Below, one piece after another: positions 12,130 to 26,438 of a stretch of 64,000 nucleotides of DNA. The stretch's first letter is position 1; each line of letters starts with the position of its first letter. The stretch is from contig NC_043015.1 of the NCBI RefSeq assembly GCF_006345805.1, forward strand, positions 27,280,001 to 27,344,000. The letters run 5' to 3'. Position numbers and translations under genes: made by a program. The notes below the pieces were generated by a model. The model saw nothing but the letters and a program-made list of their open reading frames with translations, made no database searches and was not told where the DNA came from. The stretch is from Octopus sinensis (lineage: Eukaryota).

Positions 12130-12660
12130 TGTCTTCATCCTGATGGGTGTGAAAAGCGTCGGTGCCTAAGGTGGCTGTTCAGGCCAAAGATGGTATAGGA
12201 GAGCCGGAGAAATTTATCATAAGGGAGAGTTGGCAGGGGACAAGGAAGTGTGAGTCACTCTTTGCATCTCTGATGCCTGATCACTGTCTCTTAACGTCTG
12301 TTATTTCTTATCTTCTCCGATTCTTTCACGATGACATGTTGCCACTTTATGCGATACTTGGCGATTGTCTTCCAGGCATTTGGGTCAAAGGAGCAATGGA
12401 GGAGAGTGGACTTTAGCTGGCCTCAGAAGCGGAATGTGGGGGCTCTGTGTGATTTGGTGACTGAGGCCAACTCTGCAAAGTGGAATTGACAAGGGAGGCG
12501 TGATTGAGGCATACGTATAATATGTCCTGACCAGCAGAGGCGGTGCTGTGTGACGGTAGCTTCAGTGCTGGACAGTTCGGCCCAGAGCAGAACCTCTTCG
12601 TTGGTAATATAGTCTTTCCGTCCAATCTTCATGACACACAAATTCATGAAACGTTCCATC
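12130..12660 (-). mobile_element. RTE-clade LINE 3' fragment, decayed
   Basis: ERFMNLCVMKIGRKDYITNEEVL...QHRLCWSGHIIRMPQSRLPCQ, followed by a FGLNSHLRHR finger remnant. Confidence 0.75.
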
Positions 12661-12680
12661 TTTCTCTCTCATTCTCTCTT

Positions 12681-12764
<84 letters not shown>

Positions 12765-12770
12765 TATATA

Positions 12771-13145
12771 GGCGCAGGAGTGGCTGTGTGGTAAGTAGCT
12801 TGCTTACCAACCACATGGTTTCGGGTTCAGTCCCAAGTGTCTTCTGCTATAGCCTCGAGCCGACCAATGCCTTGTGAGTGGATTTGGTAGACGGAAACTA
12901 AAAGAAGCCTGTCGTATATATGTATATATATATATGTATGTGTGTGTATATGTTTGTGCGTCTGTGTTTGTCCCCCAAGCATTGTTTGACAACCGATGCT
13001 GGTGTGTCCCCGTCACCTAGCGGTTCGGCAAAAGAGACTGATAAAATAAGTACTGGGCTCACAAAGAATAAGTCCCGGGGTCGATTTGCTCGACTAAAGG
13101 TGGTGCTCCAGCATGGCCGCAGTCAAGTGACTGAAACATGTAAAA
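12771..13145 (+). mobile_element. tRNA-derived SINE
   Basis: Box A-like gtggctgtgtggtaag and box B-like ggttcagtccc. Same family at ~13300-13650, 15068-15350 and 41865-42240, and reversed at ~18160-18360, 24270-24410 and 52545-52725. Confidence 0.8.
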
Positions 13146-13659
13146 GAGTATATATATATATATATACATACATACATACATACATACATGCATGCATACA
13201 TACATACATACATACATACATACATACATACATACATGCATACATACATACATACATACATACATACATACATACATACATACACACATGTGTGTGTGTG
13301 TAGGAGCAGGTGTGGTGGTGTGGTAAGAAGCTTGCTTTTCAACCACATGGTCTGGATTATGTCCCACTTTGTGTCACCTTGGGAAAATGTCTTTTGCTAT
13401 AGCCCCGGGCCAACTAGAGCCTTGTGAGTGGATTTCATAGACAGAAACTGACAGAAGCACATTGTATGTACATATGTTTGTGTGTGTGTCCTCACCACCA
13501 CTTGTCAACCGTAACTAAGCAGTTCGGCAAAACAGACAGAATAAGTACTAGGCTTCAAAAATAAGGCCTGGGTCGGTTTGTTCTACTAAAACTCTTCAAG
13601 GCAATGCTCTAGCATGGCCACAGTCAAATAACTGAAACAAAGAAAAGATAAAAGAAGAT

Positions 13660-13693
<34 letters not shown>

Positions 13694-14063
13694 GCATATA
13701 CATATATGTGTGTGTGTATGTATGTATACAAAGAGAGAGAGAGGGGGGAGAGGCTGAAAGAAAGACAGACAAGGGAGGGGAGAAAAAAGAGAGAGACAGT
13801 GAAAGCTGCTCATTCTGATCACGAATAACTTTATCAAACCTTATTGTTTCTATGTAACTCTTATCAAAATTAGTAGAACCACAATCACGACCTGAATATT
13901 GATGATATACACTCTGCTTAATCTACCACCTGGTTATTGTTATCGAAAAGTTTTTGTCCCAAATTGATTACAGTAAGCGGCTTTCAATTTACAATGTGTG
14001 TGTGGGAGTGTGCACAAATGTATATGTGTGTGTATATATATATGTATACGTATATTTATACGA

Positions 14064-14117
<54 letters not shown>

Positions 14118-14557
14118 ACACATCCATCCATATAGCCAGTGACACTTGTCTCTGCCTGAATGGCAGTGATATTGCCCAATAAATCTAATGATGTCAGTTT
14201 CACATTCCTGCGTAAAATTGACATAAAAGCATTTTTATGTCGTACAAGTTTGAACGGTTTGTTGTGTAATGGATGAATCGGTAGTGATGGTTGTTGCTAT
14301 TGTTGTTGCTGGGAAGCGTTATTAGTGGTGGTGGTGGTGAGATATTTCGTTCCTTTTTCTTGGCAAGACACAGTTTATTCAACATTTGCCTTGATTACGG
14401 CACTTTTTACAAGTGAATGAAAGTAGTCTCGACCTGCCAGAAATAGCAACCAAATCGCTTGCCCTTCTTACTATCTTCAATAAGGAAACTACATACATGA
14501 CGCCACATTCAAAGCTTGACATATGTTTGATGCGAAACTCCCTACCTTTGGGGCAAG

Positions 14558-14633
<76 letters not shown>

Positions 14634-16226
14634 ATGTGTGTGTGTGTGTGTGTGTGTTATGTGAACCAATGAGAGAGGTTCAGTGTTGTTGCTTTGGTAA
14701 ATTATTGTGTATGTTGCACAGCTTAAAAGGATGAACAACTCATTATCGTTTGGAGTTTGGAAGGAAGAGAGAGTCTTCCCCACGAGGAATTCACTATTGT
14801 AGTAAATGTTTGAACCCGGTCTCCATCAGCCACATGAACTTCACTTCTCTGGGAATGTATGATGATGGCTACGATTGCAGCACTTTTTTCCCCTAATTCA
14901 ATTACATTTAATCGTTTTGGTACCGACACCGCCATGAACACCCCTGAGCCCTTTCTGGCTCTCTACCACAAACATATTTTAAAACGATCTAAACCAAAAT
15001 CCTCCATCAAAATCTCATCGCGTGTTTCGTTTTAATAACAACGAATTTGTTTTACTAAATTCTGCAGATATGGCCGAGTGGTTAAGAAGCTCGCCTTACA
15101 ACCGCATGGATTCGGGTTCAGTTCCACTGCGCAATACCGGGGGGGGGGTCTTCTATTATAGCATCGAGCCAACCATCGAGCCTTGTGAATTTGGTAGAAG
15201 GAAACTGCTTGGAAACCTGTCGTATAAATGTGTGCATGTATGTTTATGTGCATCCATCCCCCATTGCTTGACAACTGGTGGCGGTTTGTTTACATCCCCG
15301 ATTCGATAAAATAAACCAATAAAATTAGTACCTGTCTTTAAAAATCCTAAGTGTTGATTTTTATGACCACAGAGAAATGACTGAAATAAATTTTAAAAAG
15401 ATATCATTTTCAGAATCGGAACAAAAGCTGTGTATTTCAAAAGAGATATGAAAACCTGGAGTAAAAGTAACCGAATGTCTTTGAATGCCTTAATATTCCT
15501 GGTGGAACGATTCCCTCACTTGTCTGATCTTTCTTATGACAGTGATACATCTCCGTCTGTATCAATCAATGATCGAATTATTGAATTACCATGTGATAGG
15601 GGCATTTTACAGGTACATCTACCTTTAACATGAAAGCTTGAATAAGAGTGACGCAGTCCGTGAGTAAATTGGACTCTTAAATTACAACCATCATGTAGGC
15701 TTCCATTTAGTTTCCGTCTATGAAATTTCATTTCCAATGTTTGGATCGAACTGCGGCAAAGGTAAAAGACACTTGCTAAAGATGTCAAATAGGTGGATTT
15801 ATCCTAAGACCTTATAATTTGAAAGCGTGCTTATGGACGATTCGTTCAAATGTCTTTCTGATTATAAAATAGGCATGAAAATGTGGGTTGAGGGAAATTT
15901 GGCTGCTATTTCAAGTAAGCCAAGTAACTGCATTAAGCTCTGTCTTTGTCGATCCACGTTATTTATATTTTAAGATTATATATCTTGGAAAAATTATCTT
16001 CGTAACTATTCAAATATTTTTTTACCTTTTCTGTTTTTAAATTTACAAAATACTGAAAGCTTGAAGAAGAATATAATTAGCGATCAGGTTTCAAATGTTT
16101 ATCGGTATTTTGAATCTTTAAATTGAAAAAAATAAGGGATCAATAAATTTACAGTGTTTGTGGAGCATGAAAATAACTTTATGGAATACACCCGTATATC
16201 AAAATTTGAAATCCTTGCTTTAAATA

Positions 16227-16305
<79 letters not shown>

Positions 16306-17807
16306 GGTCACATGTTCAGAACTACTTAAACTTCAACACAAAGCTTCTAAATCAGAACTAAATCTATTCTTGAGACAGTCATGTATAAAACATTGCTATA
16401 TAAGCCATTAAGGGAGTCTCTATCTGACTGGTCACCGAGTTAAAAAGAGCAACCAAGTGACCCTTCAAGTGGCCCTTCGAGCATCTTGAAAAGAGAACGA
16501 CATATTGGATGATGTAGTCCTAGACACAAAATACCCGAGAGAGAGACAAGGTCATGTTTGGGGCGCTTTTGATAATGGACCGACTAGTCCGACCCAAATC
16601 TACTCAATCACCAATAACCCATAAAATAGAGCCAGATATTTTGGCAGGGAAGGAGAGAAGTTCTGCAACCGATTGTATCGACCCCGAAAAGAGGAGACAT
16701 AAAGTAGACTAGACTTTGGTATGATTTTAAATTGGAACATAAAAGATCGTCTGAGTTCAAATCTTGTTCCAAAGAGCCAGAAATGTCGAGTGGAAGAGAT
16801 TAGACTGGTGCTTTATTTTATCAACACCAAAAGAGGAAAGGCAAAGTTGACCTTGGTAGGATTTGAACTCAGATTGTAAAGAGCCTAAAGAAATATTTCA
16901 AAGCATTTTGTTAATTCATTGTCCAATTTGGGGATGAGACCAGCAGTTCTGAGGGGAGGAGCAAGTCGATTCCGTCGACTCCAGTACTTGAGTGCTCCTT
17001 CATTTTATTGACTCATAAAAGGATGGAAAGTAAAGTTGGTCTTTGGCAGGATTGGAACTCAGAAAGTAAAGAGCCGGAAGAAATGCCACTTAGCATTTTG
17101 TCCAATACGCTAACGATTTTGCTAGCTTGCTTTATGATCCAAACCGTGAAATAACAAGAGACTACTAATGAATATCCATTTTTTTCTTAGCTCCTTCCCC
17201 TTTCTAACTGGTTCTAACCAATAATTATATTTGACATTAAAAACTTATTTAAATCCATCGAGGTCCACTTTGCTTTTCATCTTTTCGAGGTCAATGAAAT
17301 AAGCAACAGCTATGCATTGGCATCGATGAAGTCAATTTACCTCTTCCCCGAAATTTCAGGACTTGTTCCTAAATTAGAAACGATTGGAAAGGGTTTAAAA
17401 TATATTTGAATGAACAACAAAAAGGAGAAAAAGGAAGAAAAAAAACATTTATTCAATATTTCAACTTTATCATGACCACATTGTGACCCGAAAAATTATT
17501 TAGAAACATTAAGTGTAAACAACTCTAACGACCAAAACCAAAAGATAATGAAACGAAATCTTCTGCACAGCACACAGTCGCTTCTTATAGTCTTTCAAAA
17601 AAACAACATGAGACATTCGAGATTGTAATCCTAGATATGCTAACTCTGAAAATGAAAAAAGAAAAAGTAAGATATTGGACACAGCTGGAGCACTTTAGTA
17701 GTAGGTTCTTTTTTTTTATTTCTTTGTTTAGTAAGTTAAACCTGGAGCGAAGACAGCAACGAGATATACCTCATTGTTTTCCCTCGTCAAATATAATGGG
17801 TTGTTTC

Positions 17808-17850
<43 letters not shown>

Positions 17851-18400
17851 ATTTTCTCTTTTTTTCCCCACAAAACAATTTCGTCGTGAAAGACTGGAAT
17901 TACCTGAGTTTATATTGGCTACTTTAACAAATCTGAAAATAAACAGTAGTCATTATCATTTTGTGTTCAAAGCATAGTGGGAAACAGAATATTAGTGAAC
18001 GAGGTAATGTAAACGCTTTCGATTTAATGCTGATTTTAAGATGAAAGACGAAATCCTTCATATACTTCATTCTAAGGGGACCCCAGTGAGGATTTCACCG
18101 TCGTAGTACCCCACTATCAGCCCATGAACTTAGCGCGTACCAGACTTACTGACTTTTTTACTTGTTTCAGTCATTCGACTGTGGCCATGCTGGGGTACTA
18201 CCTTCACGAATTTAATCAAACAAATGGGCCCTGATAGTTATGTTATATTTTAAAGTTTGGCACTAATTCTGTTGTCATATATGCCAAACCGCTATGTTAT
18301 AGGGATGTAAACAAACAAACACCAGTTATCAAGCGGTGAGGGGATTCATACATAAAGACTCATACACACATACAGCCACACACTTATACACACATACATT

Positions 18401-18468
<68 letters not shown>

Positions 18469-18904
18469 ACAATTAGTTGGTTGTCATATTTTATTTATAG
18501 ATAAATTCCTCTATTTTACATAATATCGAGGTCTCATTCTTTTGTTGTCATGTTATTATTATTAATATAGCCTGGTGCAGCCTTCTGGCTTCCCAGACCC
18601 CAGTCGAACCGTCCAACCCATGCTAGCATGGAAAACGGGCGTTAAACGATGATGATGATGATATATATATAAATATAAGTATACAGTGTTATGTGTAGTT
18701 TGGGTTCTAATAGGATAGACAACCAAAAGAAAGCCATTGTTATTGTTAACGTGTTTATTTACTATTCATGTTACACGGACTCGACATTCAGCGTAGTGAT
18801 ACATAATATACTTTACATACAGTTTGTACTATTCACTAACAAAATAGTTCCAAGAGTGGGGATGTAATCTTTGCACGTATACACATAGATATGAATGTGT
18901 AACA

Positions 18905-18916
18905 TCCCTTCTTCTT
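18905..18916 (-). other. Polypurine tract AAGAAGAAGGGA
   Basis: Immediately adjacent to the 3' LTR on the minus strand. Confidence 0.9.
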
Positions 18917-19089
18917 GAAAAAATAAAGGGGTCTTTTGGCAGTGAAGACAATATAAGTAGTCTCCCTTACTCTAATGGATTGTCAGCCTGAGGTGGCAAT
19001 CCTGCAGCAGAAATCGTGAGATTATTCTGCCTCTGCTTTGTAGTCTAGCTGAATTAGTTACTTATCTTTTCATTTTCTCTTTTCTTTCT

Positions 19090-22000
19090 TTAACGGTATC
19101 GAACCGATGGCAGAATGTTCTTTCTCCATCTGGTGGATCTTGTGCTTCGCACCGGTGTCTGAGGTGTGTTGTTGGGCTGCTGATAGGTGGTTGGTGCCCA
19201 TTGGGGTGATGATTCTGTAGGTGTTGTCACTGATGCAGCAGGTGTTGTACACGTTGTCCACGACAGCTTTGGTGTTGGGCGGATGTGGGCCCTGTTGTGT
19301 CTCAGCTGCCTACCAGATTCCGTTTCTATTATATATGATCTTGGAGTTTCAGCTCTACTGACAACCTTTGCTGGAATCCATGTTTTAGTTATGGGATCTT
19401 GAGTATGCACATGTTGTCCTCCAAGTATCTCAGGTAAATATGGTGCATGTTTGTTGTAATACCTCTGTGATTGTTCTTGAGTGGCTGCTAGCGTTGCCCT
19501 TGTCTCTTCCTGGTTAATAGGAGGTTGGATCTTAGTTGGCAAGGTAGTTTTGTAATTCCTGCCATTCAGCAATTCTTCTGGGGATTTCATATCAGCTCTC
19601 AGTGGTGTCGCTCGTAGGGACAGAAGTGCCAGGTGTGGGTCTTCCTTAGTCTCTCGGCATTTGACTTGTGTTCTCTTCACTGTCTGCACCTGTCTTTCTA
19701 TAAACCCATGACCTTTGTGGTAGTGTGGAGATGAGGTTGTGATATTGAACCCATACTCATCGGCTAGCTTTTTGAATTCTTGTGATGTGAACTGGGTTCC
19801 ATTGTCACATATGATCTGCTCTGGTATTCCTTGCTCTGCTAGAAGTCCTCGAGCCACTGTAGTGATTGTTTTGGCTCTCAGGTCTTTCACTTTTCTCACA
19901 AATGGAAATTTGGAGTAGTAGCAGGCCATTATCAAATACCATTCTTGGCCCTCTGTGAACAGATCTACTCCAATAGTTTGCCATGGCCTTCTTGGGATGT
20001 CACTAGATATCATTTCCTCCTTTCGTTGTGAGTTTCTGTACTTTTGACAGATGTGGCATGTAGAAACTGTCTTTTCTATGTCTTTGTACATGCCTACCCA
20101 ATATACTGCTGACTTGGCTCGGAGCTTGCATTTCTCCATCCCTAGATGCCCTTGGTGGATCTCGTCAAGGATCTCCTTTTGCATTGACTTGGGTATAATG
20201 ATTCGGGATCCAGCCATCAGGATTCCATTCTCCACTAATATATCATCATGGATGCCCCAATATTCACGAATTAGGGGCTGCACCTGATATCTCTTTTCTG
20301 GCCACCTCTGAATCACCATCTGAGTAAGGAGCTGAAGTTCTTCATCCTTGCTGGTCTCTTCTTTAATTTCCGCTAGCTTTGTGGTTGTCACATTTACAAT
20401 GTGGTGGACCTTTATGCTTAGTCCTTCCATCTCATTTTATCATGTGATGATAGTCTGGAAAGAGCATCCGCCAATATCAGGTCTTTTCCTGGCTTGTACC
20501 TGATGTCATAGTCGTATGTTTGAAGCCTTAGTAGTAATCTTTGCAGTCTGGTTGGTGCTTTTGTCAGGTTTTTTCTATGTATTTGTTCTAGCGGGCGATG
20601 GTCTGTTTCTATATTGAAATGTCTGCCATACAGGTATGTATGGAACTTTTCACATCCATATACTACTGCCAGGAGTTCCCTTTCAATATTTGCGTACCTT
20701 ATCTCTGTGGGTGAGAGAGCTTTCGAGGCATATGCAATGGGTTTACCTTCCTGTATCAGTGCTGCGCCAACTCCTCTCATAGAAGCATCGACTTGGAGTG
20801 TTACTGGTTTGCGTCTGTCATAGTATTGCTGCAGAGTTGTCTTCTTACTGGTGAGCTTTTTGATTGTTTTGAAATCCTGTGCGTGTGAAGCACACCAATC
20901 AAACTCTACGTCATCTTTGTTTAGTTCTCGGAGATTTGCAGTGTGATCGGCCAGCTTGGGTATGAAGGCTCCCATGTAGTTGATGAGTCCCAAGAAGCTC
21001 CTGAGTTCCTTCCTGTCTTTAGGATCTTTAATGTCTCTCATGGCTTCCACTTTAGCGGGGTCTGGTTTAACTCCCTCTGCAGAGTATATAATTCCAAAGA
21101 ATTTGCACTCCTCTGCTTTTACCACACGTTTGGCTGCATTGAGTTTGATGCCTGCTTGTCGGGTTCGCTCCATAGCTTCATGTAAATTGAAGTCATGTGT
21201 GGTCTCATCCTTGCCATGCACTTGGATGTCATCTGCTATTCCAATTGCTCCCTTGCAGCCTTGGTAGGTCTCATCTATTTGGCGCTGGAAAATATCTTGG
21301 CTCACCTTCAATCCAAATGGGAGTCGGTTGAATCGATATCTGCCAAATGGTGTGTTGAAGGTAGTGAGCATGGATGACTCTTCGTCTATCTTTATATTCC
21401 AGTACGCATTACTGGCATCCAGTTTGCTGAATAATTTGGATCCAGCCAATGATGGTGTGATTTCTTCAAGGGTTGGAATTGGATGGTGCTATCTTTTTAA
21501 TGCTTTGTTCAGGTCCCTTGGGTCGAGGCATATCCGTAGGGTACCATTGGGTTTTTCCTTGATTACAATTGAATTCACCCAGTCTGTTGGTTGTATCACT
21601 TTGGTGATTATTTCTTTTTCTTCCATTCTGTCCAACTCTGTCTTCAGCTTCTCTTTTAGTTCTAGAGGGACGCGGCGAGGTGGGTGAACAATTGGTTTGA
21701 TATTGGGGTCGACTGTTATATGATATCGACATTTCACAAAGCACCCGACTGTATCGTCAAAGCATTCAGGGTACATGCTTATCAGTTCCTCTTTGTGATT
21801 TGTGGTCGATCTTTGATAGGCATATCACTGTCAATCCTGCTCGGAGTTGCCTTCACTTCACCATTGATTGACACAATATTTAGCTTTTTGCAGGTATTAA
21901 GTCCAAGAAATGCTGGTCCTTCTGTTCTTGTGACATAAAAAGAACACTTGATTGTCTTTCCTTTGTGTGTCCCTGTGATTGTTGTTTTGCTCAGTTGTGG

Positions 22001-22483
22001 AATCCTGGTACCTCCGTATGCAGTGAGGATTACATCACTTGGTGTGAGGATTCCTTCTCTGACGTTATCCTCTTGTGTCATGTGTTCTGGGAACATCTTC
22101 TTGTAGAGGTTGACAGGTAAGATATCACTCTGGGATCCAGTGTCAATCTTTAGCCTTAAGTCTATGTTTATTTGTTTCCTGCCAGACTTCTTTTGTATTC
22201 TTATTGTCGTGTATGCCTCATCTTCTTTCTTCCGGTCGTCCTTTCCCATCTCATGCACATTTATTGTGCCGACTGCCAAGAATTCCTCCTCTGAGGTGTT
22301 TTGCTCCTGTTGTTGTGCATGTATATCTATTCTTCTATTTCCGCTCCTCTTTGAAAATTGGGGCTTGTATTTCTGGGATTTTGTTAACCTACACATTTTT
22401 TCCCAGTGGTTAAGTTTTCCACATGCTTTGCAGTGTGTACCGAATGCAGGACATTTCTTTCGGTTATTGAGTTCATGCTCCAT
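19090..22483 (-). pseudogene. pol: Gypsy pol (plus Gag zinc knuckles), disrupted
   Basis: CKACGKLNHWEKMC knuckle, protease LKIDTGS, RT (RICLDP, RLPFGL, IADDI), RNase H (DAS, ERELLAVV), integrase (HQGHLGMEKC, DLF/DNG/ERQVQ). Frameshifts near 21780 and 20425; in-frame stop at 21489-21491. Confidence 0.93.
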
Positions 22484-23054
22484 ACCACAGTACTGGCATG
22501 TTCTTTGTTTGCGGGTATGTGTCCTGTGCCTAGATACAATACACTGCTGCCTAGTGAGCTTGTTTGTAAGCTAAGTGAGGCCATTTGTTTGGTAGTAGCT
22601 TCGAATGCTCTTGCAGTGTCTACTGCTTCTATCAACTGGAGAGCGTCCTTATCTATGAGGGATTTCTGAACTTCCTTATGAGCACACACCCATATAAAGT
22701 GATCAACGATTCTTTCGTCCTTATCTTTGAATTTGCATTTTTCGGCAACATTCTTTACTCTGGACAGGAAATTGTCAATCGTTTCTTGTGGGTCTTGTTT
22801 CAGGCCCTGGAATTCGTATCTGTGAATTCTATGGTTCGATCTGAGCTCTAGGTGCCTTTCGAATTTCTCCAAAAGTGTGTCTGGGTTATTGCAGTCCGAT
22901 TCTGACATATCCCAGCTATTGAATAGGTCTATTCCTTTATTGCCTGACCATAAAAGGATATAGCTTACCTTCTCATCAGTTGTGCTTCTACATCAACGGA
23001 ATCCCAATTCATAATCGGATGTAGATTCATCTGTACGGCGACGGGAGTCGCCAT
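22384..23054 (-). pseudogene. gag: Gypsy gag, disrupted
   Basis: ATG at 23054 (MATPVAVQ...), then EKVSYILLWSG..GIDLFNSW and LKQDPQETIDNFLSRV..AEKCKF. Apparent N-terminal deletion/frameshift and a frameshift near 22560. Confidence 0.8.
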
Positions 23055-23162
23055 CTTGGATCGTCGTGTATGTTGTCCGAAGACGAAGCGATGTCCTGTT
23101 TGTTAAATTCCTCGTTCGTTGTGTTTCTGTTTTGTTGTAAAAGGCACAGTTTCCGATTAATT

Positions 23163-23180
23163 ATCCCACCGCTGCCACCA
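23163..23180 (-). other. Primer-binding site complementary to the tRNA-Leu 3' end
   Basis: Plus-strand ATCCCACCGCTGCCACCA matches, from recall, the 3' 18 nt of a eukaryotic tRNA-Leu; it lies directly inside the 5' LTR. Confidence 0.85.
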
Positions 23181-25453
23181 TGTTATGTGTAGTTTGGGTT
23201 CTAATAGGATAGACAACCAAATGAAAGCCATTGTTATTGTTAACGTGTTTATTTACTATTCATGTTACACGGACTCGACATTCAGCGTAGTGATACATAA
23301 TACATTTTACATACAGTTTGTACTATTCATTAACAAAATAGTGCCAAGAGTGGGGATGTAATCTTTGCACGTATACACATAGATATGAATGTGTAACATA
23401 CAGCATTATTGATATATAAAACCACTACAGTCAATGTTATCAATGTGTTTTTGCACCGGATCTTAGGTAACTGGATGGTTATCTAATATCTGTGCTCATT
23501 AGAGATGTCTGGTATGAAAAAATGATGATTGCTCTCTGTTACAGAGGGTGAGGGAGTTACATCCAGTTTGTGTGTCCAGTGAAAAAAACGAAATAAAGTC
23601 ACAGGAAGCAATTTTCAAAGGATGTGGAGGTTGTAGCTTTTATAATCAAGGTGGAACCCGTAGTAAAACTTCCACCAGCGTCCTTCCACCATCACGCCCT
23701 GAGAACCTGGCAAAGTTTTAAACAAGATCTACACATGGGTGGGGTGGGGGTAACAGATTTGGGCGTGTCCTATATCCGTTCAAAAACACCTACACACATT
23801 TCAACCCTGTACACATGTTAACCTCTCCAAATCCACTCCCTGCACACATATGAGCCCAACACACTTTTACTGCACCACATTCACTCAGGCTTTTTGTGGG
23901 AATGAACTTAACTTTTGATATATTCCTCAAAAATTTCTCCTGTCTTTTTCACAGCATCCACAAACCGGATGTGACATTTTTCACCTTTAGTAACAGAAAG
24001 CACCTAACATTTTTTGCCATACCTTCCATCTCTGGCAAGCACAGTATCTACATAATCGCTCAGTTACCTAATATTCAGTGCAAAATCCGACTGGTAGAAT
24101 AAGCTGTAATGGATTTATAATACTGTATGCTTTGACTGAATCCATTCTATTGACAAATGTACCAGTTCCTATTTTTTCTGCCTTATGGATCCTCATACGA
24201 ATATACATACATACATACACATTCGCACGCACACACACACACACACACACATACACGTATATGCGATAGGATTCCATACAGTTTCCGTCTAGCAAATTCA
24301 CTCACACGCCATTGGTCGACCTGGGGCTATAGCAGAAAACTTTAGCCTGAAATTCTGCACAGAAGAACTGATTCATAAGAATGCAGTTTTGAAGCAGACT
24401 TCTTAACCGCATGACTATGTCTGCACCGAGATTTTTTTACTTTTTTTTTCTGTATTAATGTAATTAATAAGGTGCAATTCCTGTAGTTCACTGAATCTAT
24501 TGCTTAAAGCAGTTGCATAAACGATTAGCAAAATTCCGGAGTTATATTAAAATATTATTCACACACCTGTATGTTTTCACATTTACATAGTTTTATGTGG
24601 AAGGAACCATTTGATTAAGAAAACTAAGAATCCAAAATAAAAGGTTTTAAGAACTCCATCAAAATTGTATTGGCTTCGAACTTAAATTTTTCTGCTCTTA
24701 AAAAACAGATTTTATCCTATATATGCTGTTCTGACAGTATTTACGCATTGAAAAATATATCCTTCTACTTGTTTTAAATCTTATTGTTATATAAGATACA
24801 TTAAGAAAATAGCAAAAATTTCACAGACAGCCATTTTGAAATCATCCACTCTGACAGTGCTGTTCGGTGCTGCTGAGAGCCCCGTACTCCATTAGTGATG
24901 CCAGAGGAATAAATGTGGAATAAATGTGTTAATACTTAATGGTATATAATATTATTACAAGATGCTATAAAAAGAGTGAGAGAGTTTGAAAAGAAAGAAA
25001 GACAGAGAGAACTTAATTACAATTAGGAAAGAGAAGCAGTTTGTAGATTTTCATTGCAATTCTGCTTCTGCTGCTCACTCACCCCTTATTTGACGTTTGA
25101 TCCCTGTCTGCCGTGCAAAATGTAAAAATACGCACTAGAAATTATTATCGGTGAAAGTGTGTGTGTGTGCTTTATATGACTGTCACAGCATCTTCGATAC
25201 TATAAGAGTATCAGTGTCCAAGTTGTAGATGGATGAGAAAATTTATTAACAACATACAATCACCACCCATGGACGTTCCACGGTTATTCTGGAAATTGTC
25301 TGATGCAATTATATATTTTTCAGAAGCATTTGGTATTTGCGATGGAATCTCTGAATACTACATTCTTATGTCTTCTACATGGAGTTGTTAACAATTATTC
25401 TTCACACTGTATTTACTGTTATAACATTTTCCACTTCCACGTTCCTTTTCGTT

Positions 25454-25484
<31 letters not shown>

Positions 25485-26438
25485 CCTCTCTCTCTCTCTC
25501 TCTTATCAACTATACCACATCTGTGCTAAACACGTACTGTTCCTCCCTCTTTTTCTTTCTACTTCTTCCTTTAACACTTTAACCATATAACATAACAGGA
25601 GTCTATTTCTTCTACCTCTCTCCACTAATACTCTTCTCTTTCTCCATTTTGGTCCACCTCTCTCATCACTTTCTCTCTCTTCGCTTCCCCCTTCAATTAA
25701 CCATGAGACAGCGACACAAGATTGCTCTTAAAATATATAAAATATATTAATAAACTCTGATACATTGTAAAGAACAAAGAATGTTTGTTAGCATGGGGAA
25801 GGTGTAAGAGAGATAGATCCTCATTAATAAGATCACAAGCTGTGCCGAAAGAAATTTGACAAGCTAATTAATCATATATTTACTTATTTTTTGTTTGTTT
25901 ACCAACAAATTAAGTAATTAATTGATATCAAAACTGAGGAGAAATACCACTACTTTGTTTTCGTTGGTAGCTCAATCCTCGTGAAGTAAAATTATTGCAA
26001 AATTAAACTGTCATTATTTGTGTAATTAAATAGAGAGAAGTTTATTTAACAAAAATTGTTGTTTAATGGTGAGTCCAATAAACACTTCAATGTTTTAAGC
26101 TCAATAACAAGACAACGACAAACGAAAAACAATCCTTTACTATAAAGTCTCATCGGACTTACTATCCAGCATCTCTTACATTGAACTGGAAGATATGTTA
26201 AAGAGTCTTGACTGCCAAGTTGGCAGTCACATGATGTAAACCGCTTGTAATGTTGCAATACTATGGCAACGATGTCACATCTCACAGAAGCGACTCAGTT
26301 TAAATCTTTTCAATATTCGAAAACTTCCTCTAATGTCAATTGGTAATATTGGTATTTGGATCAGTTACCAAATCACTATTTTCTTTAATAAAATCTAGAA
26401 TCTTATTTAAAGCTCGTGGGACTGATTCTACATTTTTG

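Larger units (their letters stand above)
18687..23398 (-). mobile_element. Full-length Ty3/Gypsy LTR retrotransposon (Mag-lineage-like)
   Basis: 218-bp TG...CA LTRs at 18687-18904 and 23181-23398 (5 differences). 5-bp TSD TACAG at 18682-18686 and 23399-23403. PBS, PPT and Gag-PR-RT-RH-IN domain order are present. Confidence 0.97.
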
